Assembly (NCBI GenBank): GCA_050250255.1 | Contig: JBFWOZ010000040.1 | Span: 1-27,249 of the forward strand | Length of the DNA stretch: 27,249 nucleotides | Direction: 5' to 3' | Origin: Bdellovibrionales bacterium | GTDB taxonomy: Bacteria > Bdellovibrionota > Bdellovibrionia > Bdellovibrionales > DASUEL01 | Shown here: piece by piece, positions 1 through 9,535 of the stretch | Layout: each line of letters starts with the position of its first letter | Position numbering within the stretch: position 1 is the first letter of the stretch | Program-made: the position numbers and the translations under genes | Notes under the pieces: model-generated | Databases searched by the model: none | Told to the model about the DNA's origin: nothing | What the model saw: only the letters and a program-made list of their open reading frames with translations

Positions 1-392
1 TTGCGAGAGCATCTACAACTTTGACTGACTCTGGTGCCAAGAGTGTAAAGAAGGCATTAAAATCCATCGTGAAGCTCTTAGGACTTCGTCCTCTTCGAAG
101 TGATCTTCTTCGTCGTGACGTTCTTAGAGAACTTCAGACTTTAGCTTCAGAAGAAAACATTGCACGCGCTTCACTTTTAAGATGCTCCAACAAATGCTTT
201 CCTGGACAAGTCGATACGATTGAAATGAACTCGTTGGACCGTGGCGGCTATACGATGAGCGATTTCGAAAAAACTCATAAGCTTACTGATTTTATTAACA
301 ATAAAGTCGGTCTCGTGAACAAAGCGATTGAAGGTTTCTTTTTCGACTTTCTTTATAAAGAGGGAATTTCTGCTCCTCGTCGACCTAAATAA
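1..392 (+). CDS. Hypothetical protein, C-terminal part (frame open from the window edge)
   Basis: The frame of ORF 21..392 has no stop back to position 3. It ends at TAA 390-392, convergent with the next gene. No recognisable motif. Confidence 0.55.
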   Translation, partial: ARASTTLTDSGAKSVKKALKSIVKLLGLRPLRSDLLRRDVLRELQTLASEENIARASLLRCSNKCFPGQVDTIEMNSLDRGGYTMSDFEKTHKLTDFINNKVGLVNKAIEGFFFDFLYKEGISAPRRPK

Positions 393-397
393 TGAGA

Positions 398-1204
398 TCA
401 AAACCGATAGAGCGCGGAAATTAAGAATTCGCCATTGTAAATTGCGGGTTTGGAGTTAAGGATTGCTCCCACCCGAAACTCTGGTGTGAAATAAAAGTTC
501 CCCACAGAGTGCTTCGTTCCTATTGAGAGCGCTCCCAAAAAGTACGTCGGTTTTTCACTCTCCGCTCCAAACAAAGTACTCTTCGTACAAAACGCAATTT
601 CAGCCAGCGGTGCAATCCAAAGGTTTAAAAAAGTAGTAAGCTGATATTGGGGTTGTACAAAAGCCGTGTAGAAATCCTGTTTAAGTTCAACTGGGGTGTC
701 GGAGGCAGCAACGCTCACTCGATATCTCGCATTCCCATTCATGTACACGCGAAAACTACTGAGCCCAGCACGAACCCTCCAGCGAGGAGAGGCCACCCAG
801 TCGGCAAGCAAACCAAAATGGGCGTTTGTACCACTGAGATTACTAATTTCCGTTTCATTACCATCCGTATCTTTGTAGATCCGTGAAGCCTGAGAAAGGT
901 AAGAGAATCCTGCAAAAGCACCTACCCCCCAACTCTGAGCCTTTCGAGCTTGTGCAGGGCTCATATAAATATAAGCTTCTCGCTTTTGATTTTTAACTTT
1001 GACACGTATTTTTGCCCAAGTGCCTTCTTGAGAGAGAATCTGCATGGGCTTTCCGGCGCGTAATATCCCTAATTTTTTTGCCCTTAAAGAAGGTTCTGAA
1101 AAAACCTCATGGTCCTGAGCCGCGGCCCGCACCTGCTGAGCCTGCCCTGCTGACGGCAGAAGGCCAATGAATAGGCAAAAGAGAAGAGCCTTAAGAGTCC
1201 CCAT
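398..1204 (-). CDS. Secreted protein with N-terminal SH3b-like domain and C-terminal outer-membrane beta-barrel
   Basis: Probable start ATG 1204 gives signal peptide MGTLKALLFCLFIGLLPSAGQA. Next is an SH3b-like segment (VFSEPSLRAKKLGILRAG...EGTWAKI), then alternating beta-strands ending in the BAM-type signature ISALYRF. Confidence 0.65.
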   Translation of the reverse strand: MGTLKALLFCLFIGLLPSAGQAQQVRAAAQDHEVFSEPSLRAKKLGILRAGKPMQILSQEGTWAKIRVKVKNQKREAYIYMSPAQARKAQSWGVGAFAGFSYLSQASRIYKDTDGNETEISNLSGTNAHFGLLADWVASPRWRVRAGLSSFRVYMNGNARYRVSVAASDTPVELKQDFYTAFVQPQYQLTTFLNLWIAPLAEIAFCTKSTLFGAESEKPTYFLGALSIGTKHSVGNFYFTPEFRVGAILNSKPAIYNGEFLISALYRF

Positions 1205-1266
1205 GTAGACTATTGGAACCTTGCTTGAAAGCTCTTGCAACCCTCTTACAGTTCTCACCTAGGATC

Positions 1267-1295
1267 TTGACAGATCGCTTCCAAAACTCTAGAAA
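1267..1295 (+). promoter_or_regulatory. Putative sigma70 promoter of the yceD-rpmF-fab cluster
   Basis: Perfect TTGACA at 1267-1272, 17-bp spacer, weak -10 TAGAAA at 1290-1295, just upstream of ATG 1311. Confidence 0.45.
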
Positions 1296-1310
1296 CATAA
1301 GTCATTTGAT

Positions 1311-1841
1311 ATGATTATACACTTTAATGAAGTCTCCCCTGAGGGACAAACATTCTACTTAGACCGACGCAGCGGTGAACTCAACGGCGCTCTTCAAGAT
1401 CTTATTGGTCAACGTCCTTACACTGTAGATCTTGAAGTTATGCCGCTTGGACAATCATTTGATGTGAAAGGCTCTGTGAAAACAGAACTTCCACAGGTAT
1501 GTTCTCTTTGCGCTGATGAATTCACTTTAAAGGTGAACGAAAAGTTTCATCAAATCGCAATGGATGAAGAAGTTCACTCGATCTCGGGTTTTAAAGAGAA
1601 CTGGTCCGCAGAAGATGTAGAAGTTTGGGTCACAAAAGAAGCTGGCGAAATAGATGTTGGCGATATTGTACACGAGGCTCTTGCTCTCGCTCAACCCACA
1701 AAACCCATCTGCAAGGAAGACTGTAAGGGTCTATGTCTCGTATGTGGTGAAGATTTAAATGTAAGTAACTGTAACTGTGCAGAGCAGCAAAAGACGGAGA
1801 ATTCCCCTTTTTCTGTTCTCAAAAAACTAAAGCTGAATTAA
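1311..1841 (+). CDS. yceD: DUF177/YceD family protein
   Basis: CSLCAD motif, EALALAQPTKPICKEDCKGLCLVCGEDLN, terminal SPFSVLKKLK; canonical position upstream of rpmF. Confidence 0.92.
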   Translation: MIIHFNEVSPEGQTFYLDRRSGELNGALQDLIGQRPYTVDLEVMPLGQSFDVKGSVKTELPQVCSLCADEFTLKVNEKFHQIAMDEEVHSISGFKENWSAEDVEVWVTKEAGEIDVGDIVHEALALAQPTKPICKEDCKGLCLVCGEDLNVSNCNCAEQQKTENSPFSVLKKLKLN

Positions 1842-1885
1842 AAGATTACGTTCACTGCGAATGTAGATTTTGAAAGGATATTTCC

Positions 1886-2065
1886 ATGGCACATCCGTCG
1901 GATAAGATGACTCGCTCTAAAAGAGGAATGCGTCGAGCTCACGATTTTCTTACTCCACCGGCTACAAGCCTTTGCCCAAAGTGCAATGCTCTCATTCGCC
2001 CTCACCGCGTTTGTAAAGAGTGTGGTACTTACCGTGGCCGAGATGTGGTCACACCTAAAAACTAG
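1886..2065 (+). CDS. rpmF: 50S ribosomal protein L32 (zinc-ribbon type); absent from the ORF track (59 aa)
   Basis: Hand translation: MAHPSDKMTRSKRGMRRAHDFLTPPATSLCPKCNALIRPHRVCKECGTYRGRDVVTPKN*. RBS AAGGA upstream; CxxC...PHRVCxxCG motif. Confidence 0.96.
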   Translation: MAHPSDKMTRSKRGMRRAHDFLTPPATSLCPKCNALIRPHRVCKECGTYRGRDVVTPKN

Positions 2066-2090
2066 TTGTTAAAGCGAAGGGACCTTAGGT

Positions 2091-3077
2091 TTGTACAAAA
2101 CAAGGATCTCCGGAACTGGTTCCTATCTTCCTGAGAAGAGACTGACAAATAAAGACCTAGAAAAGATGATGGATACCTCTGACGAGTGGATCTTTGAACG
2201 TACAGGTATCCGCGCTCGTGCTGTCGCAGCCTCCAACCAAGGTACCAGCGACCTTGCCTTTGAAGCCTCAAAGAGAGCGCTTGAAATGGCAAACCTAAAA
2301 GCTACTGACATTGATATGATCATCTTCGGCACCGTCACACCTGATCAGGTGATGCCATCCGCCGCCTGTTTTTTACAAAAAAAATTAGGTTGTCGTAATG
2401 TCATGGCATTTGATCTCAATGCCGCGTGCACAGGTTTTCTTTACGGATTAGCTATTGCAGACCAATTCATTCGCACAGGGACGTACAAAAACATTCTCGT
2501 AGTCGGTGCCGAAGTTCTTACCCGAAAACTCAATTATGAAGACCGTGAAACGTGCATTCTCTTTGGTGATGCCGCCGGGGCTGTCATCGCTTCTCGAGCG
2601 CCAGAAGGTGAAAACAGTGAGATTTTGAGTCAGCATCTTTATGCTGAGGGTAACCTTGCGGATCTTCTAGAATGGCCCGCTGGCGGTACGAGTATTCCCA
2701 TCACTCACGAAGTTTTGGATCAAGGCCTGCACTGGATGAAAATGAAGGGCCGTGATATTTTTAAAAATGCGGTCCGTTCTATGGGTCATGCATGTGGTGA
2801 AGCTTTAAGATCCAGTGGCCTCAAAACAGAACAAATTGACTGGGTCATCGCTCATCAAGCGAACCTACGAATCATTGAAGCCGTCGCAAAAAATGCCAAT
2901 ATGCCTATGGATAAATTTATTTTATTTATTGAGGAAATGGGGAATACGTCTGCGGCCACGATTCCTTGCACTCTCGACTATGCCGTTAGAAAAAATCAAG
3001 TTCAACGTGGTCAACATCTTCTACTGACCGCTTTTGGCGCCGGCCTAACAAGTGGTAGTATTCTTTTGAGGTACTAA
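2091..3077 (+). CDS. fabH: 3-oxoacyl-ACP synthase III
   Basis: DTSDEWIFERTGI, catalytic AACTGF, HQANLRII and GNTSAA motifs; TTG start. Confidence 0.97.
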   Translation: MYKTRISGTGSYLPEKRLTNKDLEKMMDTSDEWIFERTGIRARAVAASNQGTSDLAFEASKRALEMANLKATDIDMIIFGTVTPDQVMPSAACFLQKKLGCRNVMAFDLNAACTGFLYGLAIADQFIRTGTYKNILVVGAEVLTRKLNYEDRETCILFGDAAGAVIASRAPEGENSEILSQHLYAEGNLADLLEWPAGGTSIPITHEVLDQGLHWMKMKGRDIFKNAVRSMGHACGEALRSSGLKTEQIDWVIAHQANLRIIEAVAKNANMPMDKFILFIEEMGNTSAATIPCTLDYAVRKNQVQRGQHLLLTAFGAGLTSGSILLRY

Positions 3078-3079
3078 CT

Positions 3080-4042
3080 ATGTCATGGGGAGCCGTTTTT
3101 CCGGGTCAGGGCAGTCAGCATATAGGAATGGGCCAATTCCTTTACAACGAATTCAATCTTGTGAAAAAGCTTTTTCAAGAAGCTTCCGACACCCTTTCCC
3201 TCGATTTTAAAAAGTTATGCTTTGAAGATCCGAACGAGAAACTCTCGCTGACAACTAATACTCAGCCCGCCCTTCTTCTTTGTTCGGTCGCCACTTTTCG
3301 CGTCTTAAAAGAAATTGCGGGATTCAAACCGGAGGCCGGGGCGGGACATTCTTTAGGTGAATATTCGGCCCTTGTTTCAGCCCATGCCCTGTCGTTTTCA
3401 GATGCGATAAAATCTGTCAGACTTCGTGGGCAATTCATGCAAGAAGCCGTTCCTGTGGGTCAGGGTGGAATGGCCGCCGTCATCGGACTTGAAGACAACG
3501 AAGTAGAAAAACTTTGTAGATGGGTTGTTGAAACTTCCGGTCACTCTCCCCTTGAGCCGGCAAACTTCAATGCCCCAGGGCAAGTGGTCGTAAGTGGATC
3601 TAAAAAAGCCGTTGATGTTCTTTCGGAACCTCTCAACTCGGAAGAGATTTTAGGGGTCAAAAAACGAATTCGTGCGCTTCCTCTCAACGTTTCGGCTCCC
3701 TTTCACTGTTCGATGATGAAGCCCGCTCAAGATAAGATGGGGCTTATTCTGCAGCCTGTGCAAATGCAGCTTCCACAATTTGAAGTCGTACAAAATGTGA
3801 AAGCTCAAAGCGTAAACCAGGTAGAAGAAATTCGTTCTTTGCTCGTCCAACAAATCTCCTCGCCCGTACAGTGGACGCAAAGCATAAAAAATCTTACGGC
3901 AAAAAACATCAATCGCTATATAGAATGTGGGCCGGGTAAAGTCTTAAATGGCTTAATCAAAAAAATTGACTCTCAAGTCACCTGCTTGAATATACAAAGT
4001 ATGGATGAGCTAAAGCTTGCAGAAAAAGAGTTAAATTACTGA
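3080..4042 (+). CDS. fabD: Malonyl-CoA:ACP transacylase
   Basis: FPGQGSQ, GHSLGEYSA, VSAPFHC and ECGPGKVL motifs. Confidence 0.97.
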   Translation: MSWGAVFPGQGSQHIGMGQFLYNEFNLVKKLFQEASDTLSLDFKKLCFEDPNEKLSLTTNTQPALLLCSVATFRVLKEIAGFKPEAGAGHSLGEYSALVSAHALSFSDAIKSVRLRGQFMQEAVPVGQGGMAAVIGLEDNEVEKLCRWVVETSGHSPLEPANFNAPGQVVVSGSKKAVDVLSEPLNSEEILGVKKRIRALPLNVSAPFHCSMMKPAQDKMGLILQPVQMQLPQFEVVQNVKAQSVNQVEEIRSLLVQQISSPVQWTQSIKNLTAKNINRYIECGPGKVLNGLIKKIDSQVTCLNIQSMDELKLAEKELNY

Positions 4043-4062
4043 TTTCTCTCTAGAAAGATCCA

Positions 4063-4806
4063 ATGAAAAGACTCGAAAATTTCAAAATTTTTGTAACTGG
4101 TGGCAGCCGCGGTATTGGGGCAGGAATTGCCTTAAAACTGGCGCAGGAAGGAGCTCAAGTGGCGCTGAGCTATACCTCCAAGCCTGATCTTGCTCAGAAA
4201 GTCGTTTCAGAACTCCCAGGAAGTGGCCATTTTTCTTTAAAGATGGATATTTCTGATGAGACTTCTGTGCAAACGGGCTTTAAAGAAATTTTTGAGAAGT
4301 TTGGAAACCTCGATGGGCTTGTGAATAATGCCGGAATAACTAAGGATCAGCTTCTTTTGAGAATGAAAACGGAAGATTTTGACCAAGTCATTCAAACCAA
4401 TCTTCGCGGGGTTTTCCTCTGCACGAAAGAGGCGACGCGTCCCATGCTAAAAGCTCGCAAAGGCTCCATTGTGAATATCACAAGCGTTATTGGCCAGATG
4501 GGACAAGCCGGCCAAGCGAACTATGCTGCTAGTAAAGCCGGGATCGAAGCCTTTAGCAAATCTGTTGCCTTAGAGCTCGCTTCGAGGAATATTCGTTCCA
4601 ACTGTGTTGCACCGGGATTTATTGAAACCGATATGACTGCAGCCATGAACGAAACTCAAAAAGAGGCGATCACACAAGCCGTTCCTCTTCAGAGCATCGG
4701 TCAGGCAGAGGATGTAGCAGCTGCTGTTTGCTTTTTATTAAGTGATGAATCAAGATATGTAACGGGACAAACAATCAGCGTAAATGGCGGGTTGTTCATG
4801 CCTTAA
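4063..4806 (+). CDS. fabG: 3-oxoacyl-ACP reductase
   Basis: TGGSRGIG, NNAGITKD, YAASKAG and APGFIETDMT SDR motifs, within the fab cluster. Confidence 0.97.
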   Translation: MKRLENFKIFVTGGSRGIGAGIALKLAQEGAQVALSYTSKPDLAQKVVSELPGSGHFSLKMDISDETSVQTGFKEIFEKFGNLDGLVNNAGITKDQLLLRMKTEDFDQVIQTNLRGVFLCTKEATRPMLKARKGSIVNITSVIGQMGQAGQANYAASKAGIEAFSKSVALELASRNIRSNCVAPGFIETDMTAAMNETQKEAITQAVPLQSIGQAEDVAAAVCFLLSDESRYVTGQTISVNGGLFMP

Positions 4807-4879
4807 AAGCATGACAAAAAATGGAGATTAAAAAATGGAAAAAACAATTGATAAAACTGGGACTGCTAAAGGAGGCATT

Positions 4880-5116
4880 ATGGTCGTTGATCAAAAAGTG
4901 AAGGACATTATCGTTGAGCAATTAGGTGTTGATCCAGAGAGAGTCACGCCAGAGGCTTCTTTCATTGATGACCTTGGTGCTGATAGCCTCGACATCGTTG
5001 AGCTCGTAATGGCAATGGAAGAATGTTTCAACATTGAAATTCCAGATGAAGATGCAGAGAAGCTACGAACTGTTTCTGACGTTCAAGCTTACCTCTCTTC
5101 AAAAACAACAAACTAA
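4880..5116 (+). CDS. acpP: Acyl carrier protein
   Basis: [15 protein letters not shown] phosphopantetheine motif. Start moved to ATG 4880, behind RBS GGAGG at 4871-4875. Confidence 0.96.
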   Translation: MVVDQKVKDIIVEQLGVDPERVTPEASFIDDLGADSLDIVELVMAMEECFNIEIPDEDAEKLRTVSDVQAYLSSKTTN

Positions 5117-5136
5117 TTTTTGATTAAGAGAAACCC

Positions 5137-6399
5137 GTGAACGTTTTTGAGCGTCCTCCTAAACCACAACGTCGAGTTGTGGTCACAGGAGTTGGAGTTG
5201 TAAGCCCCTTGGGTCTTGATCTCAAAACTACTTGGGAAAAAGCCCTACAAGGTGAATCTGGCATTGATCGTATAAAAACGTTCAATACGGAAGGCTATGA
5301 CTCGCAAATTGCGGGTGAAGTAAAAGGGTTCAATCCCGATACATATATCCCTAAAAAAGAACAAAAAAAGATGGATACTTTTATCCAGTACTCGATAGCT
5401 GCGTCGGATATGGCGTGGAACGACTCTGGACTGAACATGACTCAAGAAAAACCAGAGCGCGTGGGGGTTTACGTTGGCGCCGGTATCGGTGGGCTTCCAG
5501 GAATTGAAAAACAACACACCGTTTTAATGGAAAGAGGCCCATCAAGAATTACGCCTTTTTTTATTCCTATGGTGATCTCCAATCTTGCCGGTGGGCAGAT
5601 CAGTATGAAGCTCGGAGCAAAGGGTCCAAACCTTTGTCTCGCAACCGCTTGCTCGACAGGTGCACATTGCATTGGAGAAGCGGCTCAATTTATACGTAAC
5701 CGCACTTGCGATATTATGATCGCTGGCGGAACAGAATCTACCGTGAGCCCACTCGCCATTGCTGGTTTTTCCGCCATGAAAGCTCTGTCTACTCGCAATG
5801 ATCAACCCCGTATGGCAAGCCGACCTTTTGATAAAGACCGTGATGGTTTTGTGCTCGGTGAAGGAGCAGCTGTTTTAATTTTAGAAGATTACGAGCACGC
5901 TTCAAAGCGTGGTGCGACGATCTACGCCGAACTTTCTGGCTATGGACTCTCGGGCGACGCTTACCATCTCACAAATCCTTCTGAGGGTGGTGAAGGTGCT
6001 GCACGAGCTATGCAAATGGCTTTGAAAGACTCTGGACTCTCTCCTGAAAAAATGAACTATTTAAACGCTCACGGTACAAGCACTGCAGCTGGTGACGTGG
6101 CCGAAACAATGGCGATCAAATCTGTCTTTGGATCTCACGCCAAAAAATTATGGATCAGTAGTACAAAAAGTATGACAGGACACCTCCTGGGGGCTGCCGG
6201 CTCTCTCGAAAGCGCTTTCTGCGCAATGGCTGTAAAAACTGGACAAATACCACCTACGATCAACTTAGATAATCCTGATGATCAGTGTGACCTAGATTAT
6301 GTTCCACACACCGCGCGAGAAGGCAAAATTCTCCACGCGATGAATAATAGTTTTGGATTTGGCGGAACTAACGCTTCGCTCATCTTCTCTAAAATTTAA
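5137..6399 (+). CDS. fabF: 3-oxoacyl-ACP synthase II
   Basis: RRVVVTGVG, TACSTG, NAHGTST, KSMTGHLLGAAG and NSFGFGGTN motifs. Confidence 0.97.
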   Translation: MNVFERPPKPQRRVVVTGVGVVSPLGLDLKTTWEKALQGESGIDRIKTFNTEGYDSQIAGEVKGFNPDTYIPKKEQKKMDTFIQYSIAASDMAWNDSGLNMTQEKPERVGVYVGAGIGGLPGIEKQHTVLMERGPSRITPFFIPMVISNLAGGQISMKLGAKGPNLCLATACSTGAHCIGEAAQFIRNRTCDIMIAGGTESTVSPLAIAGFSAMKALSTRNDQPRMASRPFDKDRDGFVLGEGAAVLILEDYEHASKRGATIYAELSGYGLSGDAYHLTNPSEGGEGAARAMQMALKDSGLSPEKMNYLNAHGTSTAAGDVAETMAIKSVFGSHAKKLWISSTKSMTGHLLGAAGSLESAFCAMAVKTGQIPPTINLDNPDDQCDLDYVPHTAREGKILHAMNNSFGFGGTNASLIFSKI

Positions 6400-6448
6400 T
6401 TTTAAGATTTAATTTACTAAGCCTTGTCCACCCAGATAAGATCTTTTT

Positions 6449-6889
6449 ATGAAAAAGGTCTTTGTTGGATCCGATCACGCAGGCTTTCAGTTCAAAACAC
6501 AACTTCTTTTAGAATTAAAAAAAATCACGCAATTAGAGTTCATCGATCTGGGGAGTTCGTCAGAAGCGCGAGTGGACTATCCTGACTTCGCACATCAGGT
6601 CGCTCAGAAGGTGGCGCGAGGAGAAGGATTAGGACTTCTTATTTGTGGCTCTGGTCAGGGAATGGCGATCACCGCAAATCGTTACAAATCTGTTCGTGCC
6701 GCCATCTGTTGGGATCTCGTCTCTACTATTTTGGCCCGACAGCACAACGATGCTAACATTCTTTGTTTAGGCGCCAGACTCATACCTATGGGATTGGCTA
6801 TTGAAATGGCTCGAGTTTTTTTTACAGAATCTTTTGAAGGTGGTAGGCACTCAGATCGTATTAAAAAAATGGACGGAATATCATGCTAA
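6449..6889 (+). CDS. rpiB: Ribose-5-phosphate isomerase B
   Basis: [29 protein letters not shown] and FEGGRH motifs. Confidence 0.96.
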   Translation: MKKVFVGSDHAGFQFKTQLLLELKKITQLEFIDLGSSSEARVDYPDFAHQVAQKVARGEGLGLLICGSGQGMAITANRYKSVRAAICWDLVSTILARQHNDANILCLGARLIPMGLAIEMARVFFTESFEGGRHSDRIKKMDGISC

Positions 6890-8121
6890 AAGCAACGTTG
6901 AAAAATCAAGATCCTGAAATTTCAAAATGGATTGATCACGAAATGGTTCGTCAAAAAGACGGACTGGAGATGATCGCTTCTGAAAACTATGTTTCTCAAG
7001 CAGTGATGGAAGCTCAAGGCTCTTGCCTCACGAATAAATATGCAGAAGGATATCCGGGCAAAAGATATTACGGAGGCTGTGAGTTTGTAGATCACGTTGA
7101 ACAACTCGCAATTGATCGATTGAAAAAACTTTTCGACTGCGAACACGCCAACGTCCAACCTCACTCTGGCTCCCAGGCGAATATGGCCGTCTATCTCGCG
7201 GTAGCGAAACCAGGGGATACGATTTTGGGGCTCGATCTTTCTCACGGTGGTCATCTCACTCATGGTTCCCCTGTGAATTTTAGTGGCTCGATTTTTAAAG
7301 CCACTTCCTACAAATTAAATCCTAAAAGTCATCGCATTGACTATGATGACGTAAGAGTTCTCGCGAAAGAACATAAACCAAAGATTCTACTTGCAGGTTA
7401 TAGTGCTTATCCAAGACAACTCGATTTCTCTAAGTTTAAAGAGATTGCCGTTGAAGTCGGAGCCACTCTTGTCGTGGACATGGCCCACTTTGCTGGATTA
7501 GTCGCTGGTGGCCAACACCCCTCTCCTATCCCTTTTGCTGATTACACCACAAGCACCACACATAAAACTTTGCGTGGACCTCGCGGCGGAATCATTTTAA
7601 CTTCTGAAGCCAATGCCAAAGTAGTCAATTCTAAAATTTTCCCAGGAATTCAAGGGGGTCCCCTTGAACACGTGATCGCTGCGAAAGCCGTGTCCTTCGG
7701 AGAAGCACTAAGACCAGAGTTCAAAACTTACGCCGCCCAAGTCGTAAAAAATGCTCAAAGTTTAGCAGAATCAATGATGTCTCAAGGCTTTGATTTAGTA
7801 ACAGGTGGAACTGATAATCATTTGATTCTTATGGATCTCACAAAAAATAATATTTCTGGTAAAGATGCCGAAATAGCTCTCGATCACGCCGGCATTACCG
7901 TGAATAAAAATACCGTACCTAATGAGACAAAGAGTCCTTTTGTAACAAGCGGAATTCGCATTGGCTCGCCTGCGCTCACCACTCGCGGCATGAAAGAATC
8001 CGAAATGAAAACCATTAGTCTCTGGATTGCGGAAGTGATAAAAAACTCTTCAGATCAGAAAACCCTTCAAAAAGTGCGTGGCCAAGTAAAGGAACTCTGT
8101 AGCCAATTTCCCATTTACTAA
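6883..8121 (+). CDS. glyA: Serine hydroxymethyltransferase
   Basis: [28 protein letters not shown] and the PLP-lysine motif [12 protein letters not shown]. Confidence 0.98.
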   Translation: MLKATLKNQDPEISKWIDHEMVRQKDGLEMIASENYVSQAVMEAQGSCLTNKYAEGYPGKRYYGGCEFVDHVEQLAIDRLKKLFDCEHANVQPHSGSQANMAVYLAVAKPGDTILGLDLSHGGHLTHGSPVNFSGSIFKATSYKLNPKSHRIDYDDVRVLAKEHKPKILLAGYSAYPRQLDFSKFKEIAVEVGATLVVDMAHFAGLVAGGQHPSPIPFADYTTSTTHKTLRGPRGGIILTSEANAKVVNSKIFPGIQGGPLEHVIAAKAVSFGEALRPEFKTYAAQVVKNAQSLAESMMSQGFDLVTGGTDNHLILMDLTKNNISGKDAEIALDHAGITVNKNTVPNETKSPFVTSGIRIGSPALTTRGMKESEMKTISLWIAEVIKNSSDQKTLQKVRGQVKELCSQFPIY

Positions 8122-8139
8122 TTCTCTTCAAGGAATTTT

Positions 8140-8907
8140 ATGAATATTCTTATTTCAAACGATGACGGCATCGCTTCGCAAGGTATGCTAGGACTAGCAG
8201 ATGCACTTGAAAGTCTCGGCGCACAAGTATTGGTCGTGGCACCACAATTCGAACGATCCACAACGGGACATAGCCTCACTCTTCACAAACCTTTACGCCT
8301 GAAAGAAGTTGCAAAAAATCGCTTCTATGTGAGTGGTTCACCGGCCGACTGTGTCTACATGGCAACTCGTCACTTGCTCAACAAGAAACCAGACTTACTT
8401 GTTACCGGCGTGAATTATGGAGCCAATTTAGGCCAGGACATTTATTATTCTGGAACCGTAGCCGCGGCTCGCGAAGGATCTTTTTTCGGCATTAAAAGTA
8501 TCGCGATGAGCCTTTGTCTTCAATACGGTGAAGAAGTTCCAAAATTTCATTGGGAAAGCGCCTTTGAGTTTGCAAAAAAACTGATTCCCCGTTTTCACGC
8601 AAGCTCTTTCCCAGCCACACATGTGCTTAATGTGAATGTGCCAAACATCTCTCCAAAAGAAATTCGCGGGGTGAAATTTGGCGTTCAGGGTAAGCGTATT
8701 TACACAGACTCCGTTGAAGAGTGCACAGATCCTCGGGGCAAGAAATATTATTGGGTTGGTGGAACGCTCCATGGCCATGACAATCTCGCTGGCAGTGATT
8801 GCAACTTAGTGCAAGAAGGGTATATTTCTTTAACCGCCTTAAGAAGCAATGCCACTGACATTGGTCTGCTAGAAGAGTTTTCCGAGTGGGAATCTCTCAA
8901 AATTTAA
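8140..8907 (+). CDS. surE: 5'/3'-nucleotidase SurE
   Basis: ILISNDDG, GSPADCV, GVNYGANLG, YSGTVAAA and DPRGKKYYW motifs. Confidence 0.96.
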   Translation: MNILISNDDGIASQGMLGLADALESLGAQVLVVAPQFERSTTGHSLTLHKPLRLKEVAKNRFYVSGSPADCVYMATRHLLNKKPDLLVTGVNYGANLGQDIYYSGTVAAAREGSFFGIKSIAMSLCLQYGEEVPKFHWESAFEFAKKLIPRFHASSFPATHVLNVNVPNISPKEIRGVKFGVQGKRIYTDSVEECTDPRGKKYYWVGGTLHGHDNLAGSDCNLVQEGYISLTALRSNATDIGLLEEFSEWESLKI

Positions 8908-9431
8908 TCACAGTTCTTTTGATTTTGGCTGTTCTCTTGGTCAGTGGGTGTAGCAGTATGCCACCGTTTCGATCGGCGTTGAACGAAAATGCTTTTGAAA
9001 GGCCAAAAAAACAAATTCGAGCAGCTCAGACAAAATCAATTGATGCGGATGTTTCTTTTGTATGGCCAATAAAGAACGGAGTCGTTACCCAAAAGTTTCG
9101 CTATGCTCAGGGACGTAGGCGTGGACATAAGGGGATCGACATCGCCGCACCAAAAGGGACAAAAGTTTTTGCATCTCACGATGGGGTTGTAATCTATGCG
9201 GGCAAAAAATTTCGCGGTTTTGGCCAATTTATTATTGTTGAAACTCTCGATGGAGACTGGGGAACTTTTTATTCACATCTTTACAAAATGAGAGTGCAGG
9301 CAGGTCAGAATGTGCGTCAGGGCCAAGTTGTTGGAGATGTCGGGAAAACAGGTCGCGCAACCGGGTACCATTTACATTTCGAAGTACGCCACCATAAGGA
9401 GCCTATCGACCCTCTCAATGTCTTACCTTAA
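8886..9431 (+). CDS. M23 family metallopeptidase lipoprotein (NlpD-like, no LysM)
   Basis: Lipobox LVSGC; HKGID, YSHL and GRATGYHLHFEVR Zn motifs; lies downstream of surE as nlpD usually does. Confidence 0.88.
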   Translation: MGISQNLITVLLILAVLLVSGCSSMPPFRSALNENAFERPKKQIRAAQTKSIDADVSFVWPIKNGVVTQKFRYAQGRRRGHKGIDIAAPKGTKVFASHDGVVIYAGKKFRGFGQFIIVETLDGDWGTFYSHLYKMRVQAGQNVRQGQVVGDVGKTGRATGYHLHFEVRHHKEPIDPLNVLP

Positions 9432-9535
9432 ACTTTTTTCACGAGTGTTTTTTTCTTAAACACATTTTTCTTCTCCTCTCAAAAAAATTAGGTTACTGCT
9501 GCGCCATCAATTTTCTTTTTAGAAAGAGGAAGAAT

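Noticed and set aside
4835..4879. N-terminal extension of ACP in the ORF track
   Set aside because: A strong RBS precedes ATG 4880, which gives a normal 78-aa ACP.
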